From Candidatus Microgenomates bacterium (GTDB lineage: Bacteria > Patescibacteriota > Microgenomatia > JACPZF01), in assembly GCA_016199065.1 (NCBI GenBank), contig JACQHK010000053.1, positions 1-63,080 on the forward strand: a stretch of DNA of 63,080 nt, written 5' to 3'. How positions within the stretch are numbered: the stretch's first letter is position 1; each line of letters opens with the position of its first letter. A program made the translations under genes and the position numbers. This document shows positions 8,248 to 16,911 of this stretch, in pieces. A model generated the notes under the pieces. The model was not told the origin of the DNA. It did not search any database and saw only the letters and a list, made by a program, of their open reading frames with translations.

Positions 8248-9120
8248 TTATTTTCTAATTTTTTTACTAATCCAATAAAGAAAAAATATTAAACTAACAA
8301 TAAATATTGCGTTAAGAAGAATATTATTACCGTAATATCGGTCAACAAACATTGCGGCATTTTGAATCATCTTAGTAAATCCATCGATAGATTCCATTGC
8401 TAGTTTGCCTTGTATGGTAAGTATTAAAATCAACAAGCCGGTAAGAAAAAAAACCACTCCGGCGATTAAGTTATTAGTTAGAATTTGATATTCCTTTCCC
8501 AATAACTGAATAGCAAAAAGTGGTTTTCTCAGAAAAGCGACTCCCGATATTTTCCCATCCAAAAAAACGGAAATTAATAACAATGGAAAAACCATGCCCA
8601 AGACGTACATGCCGCCAATGGACAGGGCACCAAAAAAACTTGGTGAGAGAAATGTTAAGGTCAAGATGCCAATTAATACCGGCGCACAACAGGCACTGGT
8701 GATTCCGGAAAAAATGCCGAGAGTAAAAACTGATAAAAAATCCGGTTTGGAATTAGCTTGATCTCTCTGAAAATTAGGCATGGGAAGTTTAATCCCCAGA
8801 AAAGTAATAAAAGAGACTAAGATCATTACAAACGCACTCAGTAAGTAGACAATGTCGTGATTAACGAAGAAGAATTTAGAAATTGCTGCTACTCCTAAAA
8901 CGGCAGGCAATAAAACCGTAAAAATGCCTAAACCAAAAACTAGAGTCATTAACAAGACTTTTTCTTTTTCCTTAAAAACATTGCCTAAATAAGCAGGAAG
9001 TAAAAAGGTTACACAACAGGGGGCAAACAACGCCACTACCCCAGCGACAAAGGCAGCCAACAATGAGGTTTGAAAGAGCATTCCCCCACTAGGCTCCACA
9101 ACTTCCTCCCTTACTTTCAA
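8248..9120 (-). CDS. CcdA/DsbD-family transmembrane thiol-disulfide (or metal) transporter-like protein
   Basis: Membrane-embedded Cys motifs (LFAPCCVTFLLP and ITSACCAPVLIG) in a multi-TM protein. The track start is a TTG. The ATG at 9081 (MLFQTSLL), just after the upstream stop, is an alternative start. Confidence 0.65.
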   Translation of the reverse strand: MKVREEVVEPSGGMLFQTSLLAAFVAGVVALFAPCCVTFLLPAYLGNVFKEKEKVLLMTLVFGLGIFTVLLPAVLGVAAISKFFFVNHDIVYLLSAFVMILVSFITFLGIKLPMPNFQRDQANSKPDFLSVFTLGIFSGITSACCAPVLIGILTLTFLSPSFFGALSIGGMYVLGMVFPLLLISVFLDGKISGVAFLRKPLFAIQLLGKEYQILTNNLIAGVVFFLTGLLILILTIQGKLAMESIDGFTKMIQNAAMFVDRYYGNNILLNAIFIVSLIFFLYWISKKIRK

Positions 9121-10009
9121 ATCCGGGGATATCCTGGACTTGTTGTTGAATCCTACTGGCAGCTAATGCCGAGGAATATTCCTGTGAAAGGGCAATCTTG
9201 GGATCAACGTCTTTCCATTTGACATTCTGCTTCGAAAACATAGCTGCCATTTCTACATAATGTTGGGGAAACCAGTAAGAGTTAAAGGCTAATAAATCCT
9301 GATAAATTTGTTTCTCTGATAAACCGGCTTTTACCGCGAGCTGGATGTATCCTAAGGCTGCCATTCCGTGATTACAGTCAGGAAAGGCCGTACTATTACC
9401 ACAGCAGGGCCGATAAACGTTTTCGGCAATCTTTTTTACCAGATCTTGTTGTTCGGAAGTTAGTTTAATAATCTCCTGTGACGAATATAATTCCATTGGT
9501 CCTTTGGTTCCCAATGTCCAACCGCCGGTCGAAGCAAGTCTTGCCACCTCTAACCCTTCTTGTTTCATCAACCCTTCATCTAAAACTTTACTTTTATTTA
9601 CTAAACCTAAAGCCCATAAGGTATTTACCATAAATCGTGAGTTATTTTCGTTAATAACCATATTATGATTTGAATTGCCCTCTAAATATTTCAGATGGTC
9701 CTTAACGTTAACGTCTTGTGCAAAAAGTTCCTCAAATTTTTGTTTATCGATAGCTCCGGATTCGACAAGTTGTTTTCCTAAATCATTCCATTTAACCAAA
9801 GTTTTATATCCTTTGTAAGGAACGACTTCCTGTTTTAGAATTTGGATAAATTCTTCGGGATTTTTTGTTGTTTGAGAAAGTTTAGAAAGAGCCGAGTTAA
9901 ACTGCCTGGTCAACAAATAATACTCGCCGAGACCAACCAATAAACTAGTATCCAAAACAATGGCCAATACTAACCATAAGGGAATAACTTTCTTAAGTAG
10001 TTTTTTCAT
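9089..10009 (-). CDS. Membrane-anchored Cys-rich protein of unknown family
   Basis: 306-aa ORF with an N-terminal TM anchor, a CCGNSTAFPDCNHG cluster and a C-terminal GGSCGA tail. Its start overlaps the upstream stop in an ATGA. Confidence 0.6.
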   Translation of the reverse strand: MKKLLKKVIPLWLVLAIVLDTSLLVGLGEYYLLTRQFNSALSKLSQTTKNPEEFIQILKQEVVPYKGYKTLVKWNDLGKQLVESGAIDKQKFEELFAQDVNVKDHLKYLEGNSNHNMVINENNSRFMVNTLWALGLVNKSKVLDEGLMKQEGLEVARLASTGGWTLGTKGPMELYSSQEIIKLTSEQQDLVKKIAENVYRPCCGNSTAFPDCNHGMAALGYIQLAVKAGLSEKQIYQDLLAFNSYWFPQHYVEMAAMFSKQNVKWKDVDPKIALSQEYSSALAASRIQQQVQDIPGFESKGGSCGA

Positions 10010-10494
10010 TTAACCACCTTTCCTTTTAAATTAAATTCCAGTTTTGGTTGACTGGCATCATTGGTTTGTACCGTAATAATCCTCTCGACTGGTCCAACTC
10101 CGGAAGGACCATGAAACTGCTGATCAAAAACGACTATCAGCTCTGCTTCCTTTCCCGGAAGCACTTCTCCTGTCCATGAGGAGGAAGAATGCATGTTAAA
10201 CAGCGGGCTTAACTCTTGTTCCGTTTTTATTTGGGCAGAAGTGCAGGCACATGAGGTTTTTATGTTATAAAGTTTTAAAATATCGGTACCTGAATTTTTA
10301 ATTTTGAACGATTTTGTTGCCTTTGGTCCCTCGTATTTTATTTCCCCCCAATCATAGGCGTTATTTTGCGTTGTAATTTTAGCATTTGAAGAAGCTTTTA
10401 TATCAACGGGAGGTTTATTTAAAACCAATATTCCGGAGAAGACAATTAAAATTGTAGCGAAAATAAGAATGATAATAATTTTCTTATCGTTCAT
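10006..10494 (-). CDS. DUF1573 domain protein
   Basis: Signal anchor followed by WGEIKYEGPKATKSFKIKNSGTDILKLYNIKTSCACTS, the DUF1573-type beta-sandwich motif with CxC. ATGA overlap with csoR. Confidence 0.7.
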   Translation of the reverse strand: MNDKKIIIILIFATILIVFSGILVLNKPPVDIKASSNAKITTQNNAYDWGEIKYEGPKATKSFKIKNSGTDILKLYNIKTSCACTSAQIKTEQELSPLFNMHSSSSWTGEVLPGKEAELIVVFDQQFHGPSGVGPVERIITVQTNDASQPKLEFNLKGKVVK

Positions 10495-10763
10495 AAATCA
10501 TGCTGTTTAAATACTTTCATAATTTCTTCGGTAGATTTCTTAACTTCACCTCTTTTTACAAAATCGACTACACAAGTTTGGAGATGATTTTCCAGCAAGA
10601 GATAATCAACTTCTTTTAGGGCATTTTGTACAGCACGTGATTGGTTAATAATATCAATGCAGTATTCTCCATTTTCTACCATTTGGAGAATTTTTTCCAA
10701 ATGACCCTTGGCAATTTTGATACGGTGTGTCAATTTTTCTTTTTGAGAAGGTAATTTATTCAT
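10491..10763 (-). CDS. csoR: CsoR-family metal-sensing transcriptional repressor
   Basis: 90 aa with RIKIAKGHLEKILQMVENGEYCIDIINQSRAVQNALKEV and NHLQTC, giving the C-H-C ligand fingerprint of Cu(I)-sensing CsoR. Confidence 0.85.
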   Translation of the reverse strand: MNKLPSQKEKLTHRIKIAKGHLEKILQMVENGEYCIDIINQSRAVQNALKEVDYLLLENHLQTCVVDFVKRGEVKKSTEEIMKVFKQHDL

Positions 10764-10768
10764 ATCCC

Positions 10769-10789
10769 CTATCCTCCCACTAGGGATAG
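10769..10789. promoter_or_regulatory. Inverted repeat at the csoR 5' end (candidate operator or 5' UTR hairpin)
   Basis: CTATCC-N9-GGATAG with nested TCCC/GGGA tracts. On the minus strand it overlaps the GGAGGA ribosome-binding site. Confidence 0.3.
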
Positions 10790-10867
10790 AATAAAGAAAA
10801 AGACTTTCGCCGTCTGTGATCTACGTCACCTTAAGTCAGATATACCGAATTGGAGATTAGGCACAGA

Positions 10868-11680
10868 CTAAATGTTAACCAACTCCAACTTCGCGTTTTT
10901 AAAATGATTTACTAAGAATAGTTTAATTAAGTCTTCATATCGGTGAGTTAAATCGGTCACGTAATAAGTTCGGCGTGAGTTTTTGTCTAATTTGCTTTCC
11001 ATTTCCGGATGTCTTTGTAAATAACTTTTAAACTTCTCTGCCACCACTTCTCCTTGAGAAATGACTTTTACTCTCGTCGGTAAATTTCTTTTAATTTGGT
11101 CACCGATTAATCCATAGTGGGTGCAAGCCAGAATCAGCCCGTTAAGTTTGGTAAGTGGCAGAGCTTTAAGATATTTTTTAATTAAGAGATCTAAGCCTTC
11201 CCATTCTAATTCTCCCTCCTCGATCAAAGGCACTAACAAGGAGCATTCTTTTTGATAAACTTTTATTTCCGGGGCCAGCTTTTTTAATTCGGCGGGGTAG
11301 CTTTGTGAATCAATGGTCGCTCTGGTACCGATGATGCCAATTTTTTTAAAATTTTCTTCTACTGCGGCTTCTACCGTGGGAATAATTATCCCTAGCACCC
11401 GACGCTCGGAGAAATTTTCCGGTAAATATTTTCGTTGTAATCTTGTTAAAGCATTCGCCGAAGCAGTATTACAGGCCAAAATTACGATTTGACAATCTTT
11501 GTGAAAGAGAAAATCAACTGCCCTCTTGGTAAATTGATAAATTAGTTCAGGAGATCGTCCGCCGTATGGCACCCGAGCATTATCTCCTAAGTAGATATAG
11601 TCGTAGGCCGGTAAGTATTTAAGAAGTTTTCGGAAAATATACAAACCTCCCAATCCTGAATCAAAAACGCCAATTTTCAT
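10868..11680 (-). CDS. murI: Glutamate racemase
   Basis: IGVFDSGLGGL, LACNTAS and ACTHY motifs. Confidence 0.9.
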   Translation of the reverse strand: MKIGVFDSGLGGLYIFRKLLKYLPAYDYIYLGDNARVPYGGRSPELIYQFTKRAVDFLFHKDCQIVILACNTASANALTRLQRKYLPENFSERRVLGIIIPTVEAAVEENFKKIGIIGTRATIDSQSYPAELKKLAPEIKVYQKECSLLVPLIEEGELEWEGLDLLIKKYLKALPLTKLNGLILACTHYGLIGDQIKRNLPTRVKVISQGEVVAEKFKSYLQRHPEMESKLDKNSRRTYYVTDLTHRYEDLIKLFLVNHFKNAKLELVNI

Positions 11681-11787
11681 CGTTTTAATATTTCAAAAAA
11701 TTACTTCTTGTTTGATCTGTGCGAAAAAAGTATTATAAAACTGATATTGATTATAGTTAGTCAGAAAACACTTATCCAGTTTCGGCT

Positions 11788-12192
11788 ATGATTGCAGAAA
11801 ATACCATTGACTTCTTTTTATATCTACCTAGCGGCTACCGCTTCAATCAGAAAGATTTCCAAAAAGCCCTGATAAAATTTTTTCAAGATTTTGATTTAAC
11901 TTTTAAAGACATTGATGATGAAGGAGTCGTGATTACTCTTGCTGAGGGAGATCCCCTCAACGAAAAAGCTCATCGCGTACTCCAAAAACTGGGAACGGAT
12001 GACAAATTGCATTTTGAGTATAACTTTGCAGGGGCTGCGATGGTATTCTATTTTGTTCCCAAAGATGATAAATATATTGATCAATATAACCAGCTTTTCG
12101 AACTGTTTGGAAAAACAATAAACGCCGGTCATTCTCAAGCGCTTAAGATGAAAAAAGAGGACGAAGCCTGGACAATTGACAAATTTTTCTAA
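11788..12192 (+). CDS. Hypothetical protein
   Basis: 134-aa ORF in a clean intergenic context. No motif recognised. Confidence 0.45.
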   Translation: MIAENTIDFFLYLPSGYRFNQKDFQKALIKFFQDFDLTFKDIDDEGVVITLAEGDPLNEKAHRVLQKLGTDDKLHFEYNFAGAAMVFYFVPKDDKYIDQYNQLFELFGKTINAGHSQALKMKKEDEAWTIDKFF

Positions 12193-12296
12193 ACTTTCTT
12201 ACCCAACCTTCCACTTTACTTAGCTTCGTAACCTTCAATTATTCTAAAAAAAATATGTTCCATGTCTTTTAGATGCTTTAAATAATCAATCCGGTG

Positions 12297-12315
12297 CTCA
12301 ACCTGGAAGGTTGAG
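12297..12315. terminator. Hairpin between convergent genes (possible bidirectional terminator)
   Basis: CTCAACCT-GGA-AGGTTGAG, an 8-bp perfect stem followed by GTTTC. Confidence 0.45.
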
Positions 12316-12325
12316 GTTTCGGTTA

Positions 12326-13399
12326 CTATTCTCCTAAGTATTTCTTAAAAAACTCCACTGTCTTTTGCATAGCCTGGGTAAAACTTGCGCCGGTAATATT
12401 ATGTCCACCGCTTTCATATTCATTAAACTCATGTATAACCGCGGTCTCATTAAGAAGCTGATTTAAATTTCGACTATATTCGACACTAACCACGTCATCA
12501 TCGGCTGCATGATTTAACTGAATCGCGCCTTTTAGGTCAGTTAAATAATTTGTCGGCGCAACCTGTTGCCAGAACGTACTTTCAGCACTGGGTGAACCAT
12601 ACAAATCATTAAGCCTTTGTCTATCCCTGCTTCTTTGAGTAATTAACTGGGGAGGTCGATAACTGGCATCGCTTATGCGATACTGGCGTAAGTCAAGATA
12701 GGTATACCCGGCACCAGCCCAGATTACTACTGCAGGAATATCCGGTTTTACCGCAAAACTTCTTAAAACCACGTTTCCGGCCATGCTATGACCCCATAAA
12801 CCAATTTTCTGGGGATTTATCAAATTAGAACTAGCCAATGCCGCATAAGCATTGAGCGTATCAATTATATAATCAGATGAATAGTAAGCACCGCCAGGCA
12901 TACCTTCCGATTGCCCATTACCGCGCAAATCTACTTTAAAAACTACGAAACCGTTCCTGGCGATATAATCAACATAGTCAGTGTATCTCTCAAGAGTCTG
13001 ATATTGTGTCGGCGGAATATAACCATGAAGAAAAACGATCGCCGGCCAGCCACCTGACGGTGTTTCCCCTTTGGGAATTGTTAACAGTCCGTTAATTTTT
13101 AGACCGTCAGAATTATAAGATGTCAAATAACCAATGTAATTAGTTGTCTCGTAGGCTTGGTCCATAGTTCCCAAAGCGCTTTGGTAATTTCTATTTCGTA
13201 AATAAGGAATGGTCAGTTCCTGAAAAGGAAACGGAGTGGGAGTAACTGAAGTTAACAGAGAATCCATCGCCCTAGACAGAGAAAAATTTTCGGAGCCAAT
13301 TTCTCTTTGACTATTTTTTGTCCTGTAAAGTACGACAAAAAAAAGAACGGTCAAAATTAAAACGATCCATAATTTTTTTTTCTTTAAATTATATTTCAC
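12326..13399 (-). CDS. Alpha/beta hydrolase (S9 / dienelactone hydrolase-like), membrane-anchored
   Basis: Nucleophile elbow GLWGHSMAGN, an N-terminal TM anchor, and a C-terminal D and H consistent with a catalytic triad. Confidence 0.75.
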   Translation of the reverse strand: MKYNLKKKKLWIVLILTVLFFVVLYRTKNSQREIGSENFSLSRAMDSLLTSVTPTPFPFQELTIPYLRNRNYQSALGTMDQAYETTNYIGYLTSYNSDGLKINGLLTIPKGETPSGGWPAIVFLHGYIPPTQYQTLERYTDYVDYIARNGFVVFKVDLRGNGQSEGMPGGAYYSSDYIIDTLNAYAALASSNLINPQKIGLWGHSMAGNVVLRSFAVKPDIPAVVIWAGAGYTYLDLRQYRISDASYRPPQLITQRSRDRQRLNDLYGSPSAESTFWQQVAPTNYLTDLKGAIQLNHAADDDVVSVEYSRNLNQLLNETAVIHEFNEYESGGHNITGASFTQAMQKTVEFFKKYLGE

Positions 13400-13404
13400 T
13401 TGTT

Positions 13405-14043
13405 TTACTGTTTTGTTCTATTTTTGCTCTTTGCCAAAAGCTCTATCACTTCTTTATCACTCACTTGTGAAAAATCCTTGTAATATGAACCAATAGACGT
13501 AAAGTAATCAGGGGTTAACAGACAATTAATATTATCAATTTTAGGTAAAATTGTGGAGAGACAATCTCGCGCACATACGGGAGCGGCGAAGACAACTTGT
13601 TTGGCTTTTAACTTCCTTATTGAAGCAATTGCTGCTTGGGCTGTTAAGCCGGTGGCCAATCCGTCATCGACCAAAATTACAGTTTTATTCCCTACTTTAG
13701 GAAGAGACCGACCAGCGCGATAAACCCTAATCCGTCTTTTCATTTCCGTTTTTTCCTGATCAATTATTTCTTTTACTTCGTCTCTAGAATATTCGACGCC
13801 ACTATGAACACCCATAACGAGAGTATCTTTTTCCGACAGGGCGCCAATGGCATATTCGGAATTAAATGGCGCGCCGATTTTTCTAACTACCAAGACGTCC
13901 AGAGGTAAATTTAACTCTTTGCTCACCTCATAACCAACCACCACTCCACCTCTTGGTAGGGCAAGTACAATTGCCTTTGAATTTTCATAACTTTTCAAAG
14001 TCGCCGCCAATTTTTTCCCAGCATCAGTTCGATCCTGAAACAT
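13405..14043 (-). CDS. Phosphoribosyltransferase family protein
   Basis: PRPP-binding loop VILVDDGLATGLT. Confidence 0.75.
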   Translation of the reverse strand: MFQDRTDAGKKLAATLKSYENSKAIVLALPRGGVVVGYEVSKELNLPLDVLVVRKIGAPFNSEYAIGALSEKDTLVMGVHSGVEYSRDEVKEIIDQEKTEMKRRIRVYRAGRSLPKVGNKTVILVDDGLATGLTAQAAIASIRKLKAKQVVFAAPVCARDCLSTILPKIDNINCLLTPDYFTSIGSYYKDFSQVSDKEVIELLAKSKNRTKQ

Positions 14044-14154
14044 AAGAGCTTCTTTCTCTCAATATTTTACAATAACCAAGAAACCCACCGTTGAAAGCAA
14101 AGATAATCTATTAAGCTGAAAGTAAGAAACTAATTAATAATTATAAATTATTAA

Positions 14155-14799
14155 TTAGTTGGGGGCGTATTGTTTCATCATCTGCTGAATTTGTTCCTGA
14201 GACATTCCCGGAACTCCCGTACCGCTGGGAACGACCGGTGGCACCATCATTTTAGATAAATCCGTAAACTTCACGTCAGCAGGAGGTGTAAATAAAGCTT
14301 CATCAACGACCCCTGGTTTGCAACTGTCTTTGAATTTTTCCAGCGTAGCTAGAACTTCTTGTCCGTTAACCGTTTGGTCCGTTTTGGTAGTGGGTTTTGT
14401 TATTCCGGTTACGGTTGGTAAGGGAGTAATACTTACTTCAGGAACTTCCATCATCATTCCTTCTTTTTTCACCTCATTCCAAAAATAGATTTTTTTATCT
14501 TTCATAATCATGTTCGTGGAATCTTCGGGTTTAACCGCCATCATGTTAACCCTTACTGCTCCGTTCTTTACGTAAGACTCGGTTTTTCTTCCTTGATCAT
14601 CAGTAAAAGTACAAACCAAACTTAATGATTTAGACAAAGCATCCTTAATTGAAGAAAAGGGACTGGAAGCAGTATCTGCCACTTTTTTAGTCGCGTTCTG
14701 CATTTGATCCTGAACCTGAGATTGGGTATTTTTCAAAAAGGAGCAACCGCCCAATACGGTAAGAAGAACAGAAAATAGAAGTAAAAACTTTATTTTCAT
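14155..14799 (-). CDS. Hypothetical lipoprotein
   Basis: Signal peptide with lipobox LTVLGGCS. Confidence 0.55.
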   Translation of the reverse strand: MKIKFLLLFSVLLTVLGGCSFLKNTQSQVQDQMQNATKKVADTASSPFSSIKDALSKSLSLVCTFTDDQGRKTESYVKNGAVRVNMMAVKPEDSTNMIMKDKKIYFWNEVKKEGMMMEVPEVSITPLPTVTGITKPTTKTDQTVNGQEVLATLEKFKDSCKPGVVDEALFTPPADVKFTDLSKMMVPPVVPSGTGVPGMSQEQIQQMMKQYAPN

Positions 14800-14974
14800 T
14801 AATCTTAGGATAACAATTTTTTGTTTTTTGTCAAGAATAAATTATTAGAATTACCGATTCGTCATTTTCTCTAATAGTTTTTAACTATATTACGACTAAA
14901 AAGATAGATATTGTCTGTTTGAATTATACCAACAACCTATTCAACCCCTGGGGTCGAGACTATAAGTTTAGAAC

Positions 14975-15505
14975 TCATTTAATTATTTCATAAAATAACC
15001 GAAGCGATCCGGAAGAATTTAATCTTTCTACTTTTTTTAATTTTAGCCCGGCTTGAAAATCTGTGTTCTCCACTAAATTTTTGCCTCTGCCAAAAATTTT
15101 GGGCTCGATCGTTAAAATCAATTCATCTACCAAATTTGCCTGGAAAAAGAGAGCATTTATTTCTCCTCCACCTAAAAGCAGTAGCCTTTGGTGACCTTTC
15201 TTCTCTAACCTATTTACTAAATCAACGGGTTTTTCTTTGGTAAATTCCAACTGTCCTGCAATTTGTTCTCTGCGGTATTTCTTGGGATTAGTAGTCAAAA
15301 CGATACGCAATTGCCCTACCCGATGTCTCATATTTCTCCTGGCAGCTTCGTAGGTTTTACTTCCTATCACCGTTAAATTATTTTTTTCTTTCAGTTTGGT
15401 AAATAATTGTGCATCTTCTTTAGAACTCCAATCACGAACATGGCGATTGTCTCCTTTAGTTATTTTGCCATTGACTGATGAAACCATTACGCAAGTTATT
15501 TTCAT
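14975..15505 (-). CDS. RibD C-terminal domain / dihydrofolate reductase-like reductase
   Basis: MVSSVNGKIT, VIGSKTYE and LLLLGGGEINALFFQANLVDELILTIEPKIFG. Confidence 0.7.
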   Translation of the reverse strand: MKITCVMVSSVNGKITKGDNRHVRDWSSKEDAQLFTKLKEKNNLTVIGSKTYEAARRNMRHRVGQLRIVLTTNPKKYRREQIAGQLEFTKEKPVDLVNRLEKKGHQRLLLLGGGEINALFFQANLVDELILTIEPKIFGRGKNLVENTDFQAGLKLKKVERLNSSGSLRLFYEIIK

Positions 15506-15642
15506 GGCTTTGTTAAATATGAATAATATAGCGCAGGTTTAGTTTGTCAACCCAGGGCTTGCAAGAGGGTTACGAATCTATACAGCCTGGAATGTTGAGA
15601 TGCAGAATAATTCTCTTTTTTTAGATTTCTCAACTTGATATA

Positions 15643-16164
15643 TTAAAAAAGACTTTTGATAAAGTACAAAACACTTTCCCATATTACGACAAGTACCGGT
15701 GGAATAAGGCTATTCTTTTGATAAATATTGCTTTGGGACACGGAAGTAATTGCCTCCTGAGTCACTGTTTTTCCGGAAATTTCCGAAAGCAGACTATGTA
15801 AATCAAGACTTTTTCCCTGAAAAATGGCCAGGCCTGTCACGAGAACGAAAATAAAGGCAATCGATAAGACAATTATTAAAATAGTAATTTTCAATAGTGG
15901 TATATCGTTAGTGGTAATAATTACTGTGTTGGTTCTGTTTTCGAATTTATTAACCGGAAGAAGAGTTTTTTCATAAGCCGTCTCTACTGCCGAAACAGAA
16001 GAGTTTCGGTTTCCTTCTTCAGCCTTGAGAGTAGCTAGTTTATGAGCTTCGGCAATTTTGTCTTCTTTAAAACCTTGGGGAAGAAGAACGCTATAGAGAG
16101 CATTTAAATCCTTGCCCTCCTTGACCAACGCTTTTACCTTTTCGTAAAGTTGTGGATCAACCAT
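15643..16164 (-). CDS. Hypothetical single-pass membrane protein
   Basis: 173-aa ORF with a central TM helix (ILIIVLSIAFIFVLVTGLAIF). Confidence 0.45.
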   Translation of the reverse strand: MVDPQLYEKVKALVKEGKDLNALYSVLLPQGFKEDKIAEAHKLATLKAEEGNRNSSVSAVETAYEKTLLPVNKFENRTNTVIITTNDIPLLKITILIIVLSIAFIFVLVTGLAIFQGKSLDLHSLLSEISGKTVTQEAITSVSQSNIYQKNSLIPPVLVVIWESVLYFIKSLF

Positions 16165-16235
16165 TAAAACTAGTATGCCGACTTTGAAAAAGATTTGTCA
16201 AATGAAAAATACTACTTTTAAGGCAAGAGGTGAAG

Positions 16236-16850
16236 CTATTTTTTCTTTCCTGTAGTAATAACTACGTCATAATCGCCTGACGAAGAAGATATCGTCGAAG
16301 AAACGCTTGCATAAAGTGTATTTAAAAGACTTACTAAATCAATCTTAAGTTCTGCGGGAAAAGAAGGATAGAAAACTACTTCTGTGTTGGCCTCGGCAGA
16401 GGTAGAAGATGCATTTCCTGCTTTTACGTTATCTGCAGAATAACCATCGGCGACTAATTTAGATCTTAAAAACGCGGCATCACCCGTTGCGGCTGTGCCA
16501 TTAAGAACATTTATGGTGGCCTTTTGTTTAGGTGTGGCGGCTGCGCTGGTCACCTTAGGTGTTGCCGTAGGCGAACCTTTTGCTCCAGTCGTTGGAGAGG
16601 GAGTAGAGGTAACGACCCCTGTCGGAGCTACTGTTACCAACTCCTGAGTGGGTGTAGGTGTTACCGGAGAAACAGTTGGTGAAGCAGATCTGGAACGCCA
16701 GAAGAAAAATCCAACTCCCAGAAGGACAAGTACCACGACAATGATAATCAAAACATTAACGTTTATTTCGTAAGAATCGCTTGTCTTAGAGCTTTCCAGA
16801 TTGATACTGGGAAGTGATGGATTGTTTTCCATTGATTCTGACATAAACAA
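16236..16850 (-). CDS. LytR_C domain protein with a Thr/Pro-rich linker
   Basis: TM anchor, a PT-rich linker, then INVLNGTAATGDAAFLRSKLVADGY, typical of the LytR C-terminal domain. Confidence 0.6.
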   Translation of the reverse strand: MFMSESMENNPSLPSINLESSKTSDSYEINVNVLIIIVVVLVLLGVGFFFWRSRSASPTVSPVTPTPTQELVTVAPTGVVTSTPSPTTGAKGSPTATPKVTSAAATPKQKATINVLNGTAATGDAAFLRSKLVADGYSADNVKAGNASSTSAEANTEVVFYPSFPAELKIDLVSLLNTLYASVSSTISSSSGDYDVVITTGKKK

Positions 16851-16911
16851 TGACTAATATAGTATTACACGAATTTTTAAATTGCAAGTCCGATAATCTC
16901 TTCTCGACTAG

